Positions 10,656-18,908 of a stretch of 32,000 bases of DNA are shown in pieces. The first letter of the stretch is position 1; every line of letters starts with the position of its first letter. A program made the translations under genes and the position numbers. The notes beneath the pieces are model-generated. The model was not told where the DNA came from. It did no database searches and saw only the letters and a program-made list of their open reading frames with translations. This DNA comes from Wigglesworthia glossinidia endosymbiont of Glossina morsitans morsitans (Yale colony) (GTDB lineage Bacteria; Pseudomonadota; Gammaproteobacteria; Enterobacterales; Enterobacteriaceae): positions 270,001 to 302,000 of the forward strand of contig NC_016893.1 in NCBI RefSeq assembly GCF_000247565.1. Direction: 5' to 3'.

Positions 10656-11663
10656 TTAATTTTTAATCGAATCACTTTGAGAATCTAAGATAAATTTTTT
10701 TACCATTTCTACCATAGATGCTGTTCCAGAGAAAAAAGGAGAACATTGATGTATAAATTTTGGAATGATATCTAAAATTCTTATATCACCATTAGTAGCT
10801 TTCCCTGACGCTTCTTCTGCAAGATATGCGATAGGATTACATTCGTACATTAATCTCAATTTGCCATACATATAAGACTGAGTATTTGGATATAAATATA
10901 TTCCGCCTTTCAGCAAACTTCTATGAAAATCTGCTACTAAAGATCCTACGTATCTGGAAGATATTGGATTTTGATCATATTGATTTTTGCAATATTGAAG
11001 GTATTTTTTGATACCTTTTGGAAAAGAATTATAGTTTCCTTCATTAATTGAATAAATATTTCCTGTATCAGGAAATTTTACATTTTTTTGAGATAATATA
11101 AAAGTTTCGTACGATGGATGATATGTAAATATGTGTACTCCTGATTTTATAGTAAATACTAAAATAGTTGCAGGTCCATATAATATATACCCTGACATTA
11201 TTTGTTGATTGCCTGGTTGTAAAAAATCTTGTTCACTTATTGAAATTCCAATAGGACTGACCCTAGGATAAATAGAAAAAATTGTACCAATAGGAATATT
11301 GATATCTGCATTTGAAGAACCATCAACTGGGTCAATAAAAAAGATATATTTACCATATTTTTCTTGTTCTTGAAATGTTATAATTTTTTTTTCTTCCTCA
11401 GAAACTATTCCTGCAATATTGCTGCATGTTTTTAATATATCTTTAAAATTATTGTTAGCAATGATATCTAATGTGATCTGATTTTCTCCGTGTATATTTT
11501 TTGTATTTTTTTTTTGAAAAAAATTTGATGTATTTCCTAAACTAACATGATAACGTATTATTTTAACAACTAATTCTATAATAGTAAAAAATGAGTATAT
11601 TTCTTCTTTTGAAATTAAAAAATTATTATGATGATGAAAAATAAATTTACGTAGCGATATCAT
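10656..11663 (-). CDS. fbp: Fructose-1,6-bisphosphatase class 1
   Basis: 335 aa with DPVDGSSNADINIPIGTIFSIY, FLQPGNQQ, YSINEGNY, SRYVGSLVADFHRSLLKGGIYLYP and KLRLMYECNP, matching E. coli Fbp throughout. Confidence 0.96.
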   Translation of the reverse strand: MISLRKFIFHHHNNFLISKEEIYSFFTIIELVVKIIRYHVSLGNTSNFFQKKNTKNIHGENQITLDIIANNNFKDILKTCSNIAGIVSEEEKKIITFQEQEKYGKYIFFIDPVDGSSNADINIPIGTIFSIYPRVSPIGISISEQDFLQPGNQQIMSGYILYGPATILVFTIKSGVHIFTYHPSYETFILSQKNVKFPDTGNIYSINEGNYNSFPKGIKKYLQYCKNQYDQNPISSRYVGSLVADFHRSLLKGGIYLYPNTQSYMYGKLRLMYECNPIAYLAEEASGKATNGDIRILDIIPKFIHQCSPFFSGTASMVEMVKKFILDSQSDSIKN

Positions 11664-12146
11664 AAGTTCCCTTAAAACTAAATTGTTTTTTAATAACTAA
11701 ACGATAAAATTTTTAAACGAATATAATAGTTTAATTTTTTAAAAAATAATATCAATTAAATTGAAAATTTTAATTTTTAAGAATTAATAACGTTTTTAAT
11801 ATTATACTGGATTAAAAATTTCGAAAGAAATTTCAAATTTTTGAAAATATTATATAATTGTAATTTTTTTATTATCTTTAGTAAAATTAAATGTTTTAGT
11901 TAAATTATATATGATAAATTTATTATTTTAAATAAAATAAAATTTTAAATAAATTTTAATAAAAAATTGAATCATTCAAATATTATCAAAATAATAAATA
12001 TCTAAATTTTTAGATATTCTACATTGTATATTCGTGAATAAATGTGATTTATTGCTTACTGAAAACTCTATATTATTTAGTAACAAAATATCTTTCGCAT
12101 TTATTGTTAATAATTATAAAAATTATAGATAATTATATCAATATTA

Positions 12147-13130
12147 TTATTTATAATTTTTAACATGCTCCTTTAAAAATACTTTTGCGAGTGCTTTCAA
12201 ACCTTGACGATATGAAGATGAAGGTAATACATTTAAACAAGAAATTGCTTTTTCTATTTTTAATTTTGCACAATTTAATGTAAATTCTAAAGAATTGTAT
12301 TCGTACATAATTTTTAAAATGTTATGCAATAAGTGTCTTTGGTTTCCTACTCGTATTGCTGTTTGAATAAAGTTAAATTGTTTTTGATTACTGTTTTTCA
12401 TCGCGTGTAGTAAAGGTAAAGTTAGTTTGCCATTATTTAGATCATTGCCTGCACACATTTCAGATCGAATGTTTTTTACGTTATAATCTGATACATCATT
12501 AATCAATTGAAACGAAATCCCTAAATATTTACCGTAATTTCGTAATGCTTTTTCTTCCATTAAATTGGCTTCGGATAGTATTGCACTGGAATACAGTGCA
12601 GCTTCAAAAAGACTTGCAGTTTTTTGATATATAATTTGCATATAATTTTTTACTGTAATGTTTGGATCATTTGCATATGTTAATTGTAATATTTCTCCTG
12701 TTGCAATCATATTTACTGAGTTAGCAAGTATTTTAAAAATTCGTAAAGAATTTAAAGAAGAAATCATTTGAAAAGCACGAGTATAAATAAAATCGCCTAC
12801 TAAAATAGCAGATGATCTACCAAACATAAAATGTGCAGATTTTTTACCTCTACGAATTTTAGCATTATCTACGATATCATCATGCAATAAAGTTGCCATA
12901 TGGATTAACTCAATTAAGGTAGATAAAGTAAAATATTTTTTTGTTTTGCATTTTAATGCTTTTGTCGCTAATATTATCGCAATAGGACGAATATATTTTC
13001 CTTTGTTTTTTAACATATATTTACTCAATTTATTAATCAATTTAATTTTTGAATTTAATTCAGTAGCGATTTTTGTATTTAAAAATAAAATATCTTGAGA
13101 TATTAGTTTTTGAATGTCTTTTAGGTTCAT
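12147..13130 (-). CDS. ispB: Octaprenyl-diphosphate synthase (long-chain trans-prenyl diphosphate synthase)
   Basis: 327 aa. The first Asp-rich motif LLHDDIVDNAKIRRG is intact. It is divergent from rplU-rpmA as in E. coli. The second Asp-rich motif reads NDVSD instead of DDxxD (see findings). Confidence 0.9.
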   Translation of the reverse strand: MNLKDIQKLISQDILFLNTKIATELNSKIKLINKLSKYMLKNKGKYIRPIAIILATKALKCKTKKYFTLSTLIELIHMATLLHDDIVDNAKIRRGKKSAHFMFGRSSAILVGDFIYTRAFQMISSLNSLRIFKILANSVNMIATGEILQLTYANDPNITVKNYMQIIYQKTASLFEAALYSSAILSEANLMEEKALRNYGKYLGISFQLINDVSDYNVKNIRSEMCAGNDLNNGKLTLPLLHAMKNSNQKQFNFIQTAIRVGNQRHLLHNILKIMYEYNSLEFTLNCAKLKIEKAISCLNVLPSSSYRQGLKALAKVFLKEHVKNYK

Positions 13131-13275
13131 ATATAGAAATATAAAATTTAATTAAATATTACTATTTTCTATTATTTTATATTTTTAAAAAAGAAATAAA
13201 TATTATCAGCTTGTTTTTATTTTACAATTTCACTAAAATAGAAGCTCAAAATTTATTAAATTTCGAGAAAAATGT

Positions 13276-13587
13276 ATGTATGCAATTTTTGAAAGCTATG
13301 GAAATCAATACCGAGTGAAAAAAGGCGAAGTTTTATTTTTAAATAAAATTTCCGCTAATTTAGGGAGTGTTATTGAATTTGAAAAAATTTTGTTGTTATC
13401 TAAAGATAATCAAATATTTTTAGGACAACCGTATGTTCAAGGAGCACGAATATTAGCTAAAATCAATAATCATATTCAAAAAAAAAAAATTAGAATTATT
13501 AAATTTTCTCGAAGAAAACATTTTAGAAAAAATCAAGGATATCGACAAAAATTAACGAGTTTAAAAATAATAGATATTTGTTATTAA
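13276..13587 (+). CDS. rplU: 50S ribosomal protein L21
   Basis: 103 aa (MYAIFESYGNQYRVKKGE...), collinear with E. coli L21. It is followed 11 nt later by rpmA. Confidence 0.96.
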   Translation: MYAIFESYGNQYRVKKGEVLFLNKISANLGSVIEFEKILLLSKDNQIFLGQPYVQGARILAKINNHIQKKKIRIIKFSRRKHFRKNQGYRQKLTSLKIIDICY

Positions 13588-13598
13588 AAAGGTAAAAT

Positions 13599-13856
13599 AT
13601 GGCACATAAGAAAGCTGGAGGTTCTACAAGAAATGGTCGAGATTCAATCGGAAAAAGATTAGGGATCAAATTGTTTGGAGGACAGAAAGTGCACCCAGGA
13701 AACATTATTATTCGACAAAGAGGTACTAAATTTCATCCTGGATTTAATGTAGGATGCGGTAAAGATCATAGCTTATATGCTTTAAAAAAAGGCGTAATAT
13801 ATTTTAATAAAAATAAGAAAAACAAAAAAAAATTTGTCAATGTTCTCGTAGAATAA
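13599..13856 (+). CDS. rpmA: 50S ribosomal protein L27
   Basis: 85 aa ([50 protein letters not shown]), nearly identical in pattern to E. coli L27. Confidence 0.97.
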   Translation: MAHKKAGGSTRNGRDSIGKRLGIKLFGGQKVHPGNIIIRQRGTKFHPGFNVGCGKDHSLYALKKGVIYFNKNKKNKKKFVNVLVE

Positions 13857-13956
13857 AATAAAAAAAATTTTATTGATATTGAAAACATCTAAAATATATT
13901 AGAGTTCATTTATTTTAAAAATTAATTTTATTTCAGTTTTTAATATTGGAGAAAAA

Positions 13957-14973
13957 GTGCATTTTTTAGATTACGCGACAATTTTAGTACAAGGAGGCAA
14001 AGGTGGGGATGGACTTATAAGTTTTAGAAGAGAAAAATACATCCCTTATGGAGGTCCAGACGGAGGTAATGGAGGCGATGGAGGAAACGTTTGGATTTGT
14101 TCGAATAAAAACTTGTATGACTTATCTAAATGTGTTTCTCGCAATTCTTTTATTGCTCAAAATGGACAAAACGGAAAAAAAAATAATGCTTCTGGAAAAA
14201 AAGGAAAAGATATCGTTATTTCAGTACCGTTAGGTACAAAAATATTTTACATGCGTAATACACACGAAATTGTTCTTGGAAATACAAAATATCATGATGA
14301 AAAATTTATTGTTGCTAGAGGCGGAAAACATGGTTTTGGTAATTATCATTTTAAATCTTCCGTTTGTAGAGTACCAAGAAAATGTACTACCGGTGAACCG
14401 GGAGAATCAAAAATAATTAACTTAAATTTTACTCTTTCAGCAAATGTTGGATTATTTGGACTTCCTAACACCGGACGTTCTTTATTTATGAAAACTGTTT
14501 CACGTGCAAAACCTAAAATTGCACACTATCCATTTACTACAAAATTACCATATTTAGGGGTAGTAAAAATAGATAAAAATAAAAAATTTATATGCATCGA
14601 TATACCGAGCATTAAGATAGACCACTATGCAACAAATGCAAATAAGTTTAGTAAACATTTGCAAAAATGTAAATTAATTTTGCATTTCGTACATATAGAT
14701 TGTTCAAACATAAAAGATACTATTAAAAATATTGAGATCAGCATAAAAATAATAAAAAATTTTGGAAATTTAAGATTAAAAACTTTTTGGTTGATTTTTA
14801 ATAAATCAGATCTAATCTGCAATAAAAATCTATTTATGAAACAAGCAAAATTTATATCATATTCTACAGGATATCAAGATAACTTTTTTGTGATTTCTTC
14901 TCATACAAAACACAACTTAAATTTATTATTGCAAAAAATTTATGACTTTATTTTAGTTAAAAATAATAGATAA
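13957..14973 (+). CDS. obgE: Obg-family GTPase (ObgE/CgtA) with atypical G-domain motifs and no C-terminal tail
   Basis: GTG start at 13957 preceded by GGAG at 13948-13951. The N-terminal glycine-rich Obg fold is well conserved (FRREKYIPYGGPDGGNGGDGGNVW). The G domain is collinear with E. coli ObgE (AKPKIAHYPFTT, NKSD), but G1 reads GLPNTGRS and G3 reads DIPS. It follows rplU-rpmA as in E. coli. Confidence 0.88.
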   Translation: MHFLDYATILVQGGKGGDGLISFRREKYIPYGGPDGGNGGDGGNVWICSNKNLYDLSKCVSRNSFIAQNGQNGKKNNASGKKGKDIVISVPLGTKIFYMRNTHEIVLGNTKYHDEKFIVARGGKHGFGNYHFKSSVCRVPRKCTTGEPGESKIINLNFTLSANVGLFGLPNTGRSLFMKTVSRAKPKIAHYPFTTKLPYLGVVKIDKNKKFICIDIPSIKIDHYATNANKFSKHLQKCKLILHFVHIDCSNIKDTIKNIEISIKIIKNFGNLRLKTFWLIFNKSDLICNKNLFMKQAKFISYSTGYQDNFFVISSHTKHNLNLLLQKIYDFILVKNNR

Positions 14974-15037
14974 ATATTATTTTGATTTATTTAATTTAAT
15001 TAAAAGTTAATTTAATTTGAACTAATTTTTTTAAAAT

Positions 15038-16216
15038 ATGGAAAAAATATTTGACATTGTTATTGTTGGTGGAAGTATTATAGGAAGCAGTATAGCAATT
15101 AAATTGCATCAAGCAGGATTTTTAATAAAATTAATTGAAATGAAAACTCCATGTAGATTTATAAATAATCAAATTCCAGATTTTAAAGTTTTAGCTTTAA
15201 ATAATACTTCAATACAATTTTTACGCGAAATTAATGTATGGCAAAAAATTGAAAAAAAATTTTACACTAAATTCAAATACATTGAAACGTGGAAAGATCC
15301 TTTTTTTCCAATATACTTTTGTTCTGAAATTTTAAATAAATCTAAATTAGGCGTAATTATTGAAAATTACAGATTATATCAAGAATTATTAAATGTAATA
15401 AGTTCTAAAAAAATCAATGCTCAATACAATACATATTTAAAAAATATATGCTATCTTCCTTCAGAAAATCTTTGGAAAATTCATTATGACAACGAAAAAA
15501 CTATATTTAGTAGGATGATTATTGGTTCTGACGGACAAAACTCTTGGATTAGAAAAAAATCTGGTATACCTTATTTAAGTTTTCAATATAATCAAGCTTG
15601 CATGTTGATTATCGTAAAATTAAAAGTAAACAATAAAGATACCGTATGGCAATCATTAGATCCAACAGGTCCGAAAGCATTATTACCTTTATATGAAAAT
15701 TGGGCATTGTTGATTTGGTATGATAATCCTAATTACTTATATGAATTACAAAAAATGCCTAATCAAAAAATTGAAAAAAAAATCATAGAGAATTTTCCTA
15801 AAAAACTTGGACCAATACATTTATATAAACATAAAGTAGTTCCTTTAAAGTTTTTATATGGGTATCAATATGTTCAACAAGGACTAGCATTAGTAGGAGA
15901 TGCGCTGCATACTATACATCCATTAGCAGGACAAGGTGCTAATCTTGGTTTTAGGGATATAAAAATTTTGTCTGATTTATTAATTTCAGTTAAATCTGAA
16001 AAATATACATGGAATCACATATCAATATTAAAAAAATATGAAAAGAAATGTAGATTATATAATACAATTATGCAGTTTGGTATCGATACGTTTCGCTTAT
16101 TATTTTCTCATGATTCTATTTTAACTGAAAATATATGTAATCCTATTTTTAATGTAGCAGAATCTTCTAAAATATTAAAAAAAATATTAATTAAATATGC
16201 TTCTGGAATTTTTTAA
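15038..16216 (+). CDS. ubiF: FAD-dependent ubiquinone-biosynthesis hydroxylase, best match UbiF (UbiH/UbiF/UbiI family)
   Basis: 392 aa. By eye it matches recalled E. coli UbiF more closely than UbiH (QYNQACMLIIV vs QYAQSCMLISV; GPKALLPLYENWALLIWYD vs GPRAFLPLFDNWASLVWYD; GLALVGDALHTIHPLAGQGANLGFRD; C-terminal LIKYASGI vs ALKYALGL). Paralogue assignment is less certain than family assignment. Confidence 0.8.
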   Translation: MEKIFDIVIVGGSIIGSSIAIKLHQAGFLIKLIEMKTPCRFINNQIPDFKVLALNNTSIQFLREINVWQKIEKKFYTKFKYIETWKDPFFPIYFCSEILNKSKLGVIIENYRLYQELLNVISSKKINAQYNTYLKNICYLPSENLWKIHYDNEKTIFSRMIIGSDGQNSWIRKKSGIPYLSFQYNQACMLIIVKLKVNNKDTVWQSLDPTGPKALLPLYENWALLIWYDNPNYLYELQKMPNQKIEKKIIENFPKKLGPIHLYKHKVVPLKFLYGYQYVQQGLALVGDALHTIHPLAGQGANLGFRDIKILSDLLISVKSEKYTWNHISILKKYEKKCRLYNTIMQFGIDTFRLLFSHDSILTENICNPIFNVAESSKILKKILIKYASGIF

Positions 16217-16220
16217 ATAT

Positions 16221-17023
16221 TCAATAATTTATCAAAATAAAAATAATATATGCAATTAATAATCTATATATAGCAAAAAATATTAAAGATGTACGATATA
16301 GAATAGGAATTAAAAATTTTCCTAAAAAAAACGATACTAAAAAAGATGTAAAAATACTTAAAACTATCAAATAAGCATTTATTATAAAAAAAGAAAAATT
16401 TTTATAAGTATCTATTATAAACGTTCCACAAGCAATAACAATAAATAATATTAAAGAAAATTCAAATGCAACTTTTCGTGTAAATCCCAAAATTAATCCT
16501 GTAGCAACTGTAATTCCTAGTCTAGAAATTCCAGGAAAAAGAGAAAAACACTGAATAAATCCAATAATTGATGCTTGATAATAATTTATTTGATATATAT
16601 TTGTTACTTTTTTTGTGTCAGATTGTAATAATTCTGAAATAATAAGTACTATTGATCCTGCTATTAAGTGATATGTTATATGTTCAGGTAAATATATTTT
16701 TTGTATATCATGATAGAAGTACGTTCCTGTTACAAAAACAGGTAATAATCCTAAAATACAGCATACAAAAATTTTGAATAGTTTTTTTTTTCATTAAAAT
16801 TACTTAATAAGTAATATGTTGTATTTTTTATATTATTTTTAAATATTAAAAATAAAGATAGTACTGGACCAATTTGAATCATTATTGCTAAATTCTTAAT
16901 ATTTTCTAAATTTATATTGAATAAAAAATTCATTAAAATTAAGTGTCCACTAGACGAAATAGGCAAAAATTCAGTAATGCCTTCTACGATGCCTAATACA
17001 ATTGAAATTAATATTTGCTTCAT
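16221..17023 (-). pseudogene. uppP: Undecaprenyl-diphosphate phosphatase (BacA/UppP), reading frame broken by a 1-nt shift in an A10 tract
   Basis: The N-terminal ORF 16751..17023 carries VEGITEFLPISSSGH. My manual translation of the minus strand shows UppP homology continuing in another frame directly after the A10 run (KLFKIFVCCILGLLPVFVTGTYFYHD...IGFIQCFSLFPGISRLGITVATGLILG), running into listed ORF 16221..16490. One extra A (A11) fuses everything into about 267 codons (E. coli about 273). Confidence 0.85.
16782..16791 (-). repeat. A10 homopolymer (T10 on + strand) at the uppP frameshift site
   Basis: Counted directly in 'gaatagttttttttttcatt'. The frame changes exactly across this run. 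Confidence 0.9.
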
Positions 17024-17052
17024 AAATTTTTTTATAAAAAAATATGTTAAAA

Positions 17053-17415
17053 TTATTGTTTTTTTATATGACGTATTATTGTAATACCTACATTCGATGC
17101 TTCTAAAATTGCTGAAGGCTTATTAATTGTTATTTTTATAAATGAAATAATAGAAAAATTAGTTATTAACATATCTACTATTTCTTCGGCAAGATTTTCA
17201 ATTAAATTGAAATGTTTTTTCTGTACTAAAAAAACAATTGCATCTTTAATTTTTATATAATCTATATGATTTATCAATGAAACTGTATTTTTAGAACAAC
17301 ATGAACGAATTGAAAGCTCAATGTCTATAAATATTTTTTGTAAATAATTTTTTTCCCAATTGTTTATTCCAATTGAAGCCATAATTTGTAATTTTTTAAT
17401 AAATAAAATGTTCAT
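17053..17415 (-). CDS. folB: Dihydroneopterin aldolase
   Basis: I place the start at the internal Met (ATG at 17415). MNILFIKKLQIMASIGINNWEK...INKPSAILEASNVGITI aligns with E. coli FolB MDIVFIEQLSVITTIGVYDWEQ...LSKPGAVARAANVGVII. This gives 120 aa against 122. The listed 167-aa ORF extension overlaps the 3' end of tsaD and has no homology. Confidence 0.88.
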   Translation of the reverse strand: MNILFIKKLQIMASIGINNWEKNYLQKIFIDIELSIRSCCSKNTVSLINHIDYIKIKDAIVFLVQKKHFNLIENLAEEIVDMLITNFSIISFIKITINKPSAILEASNVGITIIRHIKKQ

Positions 17416-17438
17416 ATTATTTTTTAACAAAAATTTTA

Positions 17439-18449
17439 TTAAGGTTTTGAAAGATCTTCTAAACACCATCGTGGTCGAATAAATATTTTTCTTGATGCAT
17501 TTTTTTTTAAACGGATTGACCCGACATAAGCAATCATAGCAGCATTGTCGGTGCATAAAGATTGTTTTGAAAAAAATAATTTCCCTCCTCTACTTCGCAT
17601 TACTTGATTTAAACGTTTTCTAATAGCATGATTTGCACTGACCCCTCCTGCGATTACTAAATTTTTGCATTGAGTAAAATTTAGTGCTCTACGACATTTA
17701 ATTTCTATTGTATCAAGTATTGCATCTTCAAAAGCACGAGCAACGTCGCAGCGTGTTTGATGATCTATTTTAGAATATGAACAAATAACATTTTTTACAT
17801 ATGTTTTTAATCCAGAAAAACTAAAATTTACTCCAGATTGTTTTATCATAGGTCTAGGAAAAAAAAATCTTTGAGAATTTCCATATTTTGCTAATATAGA
17901 TAACTTTTTACCTCCCGGATAATTGATACCTAATAAATTTGCAGTTTTGTCAAATGCTTCTCCTAATGCGTCATCGAGACAATCTCCGAGAATTTTGTAT
18001 GTTCCAAGACTATTTGCTAAAATTAATTGAGTATGTGCGCCAGATATAATTAGACCTAAAAATGGAAAATTTGGTTTTTTATTTTCAAGCATTGTGGTTA
18101 GTAAATGTCCTTCTAAGTGGTGTATGCCTACGGAAGGTATACTTAAAGAATATGCTAAAGCGCAAGCAAAAGAAGCACCGATAGCTAAAGATCTTTCCAA
18201 ACCAGGTCCGGCTGTATAGGCTACTCCAGAAATGTCTGAAATTAATATATAAGACTTTTTCAATATTTTTTTAAGAGTAGATTGGATATATTTTAAATGA
18301 TATTCGGATGCTAGCTCTGGTACGATTCCTCCATAGTTAGCATGCACATTTTTTTGATGTACGACTTTATTTATAATTAAACCTTGCTTTGTATCATAAA
18401 TTGCTACGCTTGTGTCGTCACATGACGTTTCGATGCCTAAAATTAACAT
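17439..18449 (-). CDS. tsaD: tRNA N6-adenosine threonylcarbamoyltransferase TsaD (YgjD/Gcp)
   Basis: 336 aa with GIETSCDDTSVAIYD, the HHLEGHL metal-binding motif and GGVSAN. It is divergent from rpsU as in E. coli. Confidence 0.95.
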   Translation of the reverse strand: MLILGIETSCDDTSVAIYDTKQGLIINKVVHQKNVHANYGGIVPELASEYHLKYIQSTLKKILKKSYILISDISGVAYTAGPGLERSLAIGASFACALAYSLSIPSVGIHHLEGHLLTTMLENKKPNFPFLGLIISGAHTQLILANSLGTYKILGDCLDDALGEAFDKTANLLGINYPGGKKLSILAKYGNSQRFFFPRPMIKQSGVNFSFSGLKTYVKNVICSYSKIDHQTRCDVARAFEDAILDTIEIKCRRALNFTQCKNLVIAGGVSANHAIRKRLNQVMRSRGGKLFFSKQSLCTDNAAMIAYVGSIRLKKNASRKIFIRPRWCLEDLSKP

Positions 18450-18642
18450 AAATATGAAAATAAAATGATAAAAGTAAATATTTTTACATATGTTTTATAT
18501 TTTGTGTTATAAAATATAAGTTTATGATTTTATTATATTTTTCATAGAATAACTAGTTAAAATTAAATTTTTAAAATTTTTATAATATAATAAAAATTTA
18601 ATACTAAATAATATCAAAAATTTTAATAAATAAGGTACATAT

Positions 18643-18858
18643 ATGCCAATAATTAAAATTCGTGAAAATGAACCATTTGACGTAGCTTTACGTCGCTTTA
18701 AACGTTCTTGTGAAAAAGCAGGAATTTTAGCTGAAGTACGTCGAAGAGAATTTTACGAAAAACCTACAACAGAAAGAAAAAGGGCAAAAGCTTCTGCTAT
18801 TAAAAGACATGCTAAAAAAATAGCACGCGAACATGCAAGAAAAATTAGATTATATTAA
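18643..18858 (+). CDS. rpsU: 30S ribosomal protein S21
   Basis: 71 aa ([46 protein letters not shown]), near-identical to E. coli S21. AAGG lies about 9 nt upstream of the ATG. Confidence 0.97.
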   Translation: MPIIKIRENEPFDVALRRFKRSCEKAGILAEVRRREFYEKPTTERKRAKASAIKRHAKKIAREHARKIRLY

Positions 18859-18908
18859 TTGTTTCAATTATATAAAATATTATAAATCTTTTTGCAAAAA
18901 ATAAGAGT

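Noticed and set aside
13523-14822. Small ORFs 13523..13705(-), 14048..14233(+) and 14625..14822(-) overlapping rplU/rpmA and obgE
   Set aside because: All are alternative-frame or antisense reads of genes with strong homology in the called frame.
17416-17556. 5' extension of the listed 167-aa folB ORF (MHRQCCYDCLCRV...), overlapping the tsaD 3' end
   Set aside because: FolB homology begins exactly at the internal Met (MNILFIKKL..., ATG at 17415), which gives an E. coli-like 120 aa. The extension has no similarity to FolB and would overlap tsaD by 118 nt.
18450-18642. Candidate sigma-70 promoter (TATAAT at 18581-18586) for the rpsU operon in the tsaD/rpsU divergent region
   Set aside because: TATAAT-like hexamers occur every few dozen bases in this DNA, and no convincing -35 lies at 17 +/- 1 bp. 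A specific promoter cannot be supported from sequence alone.
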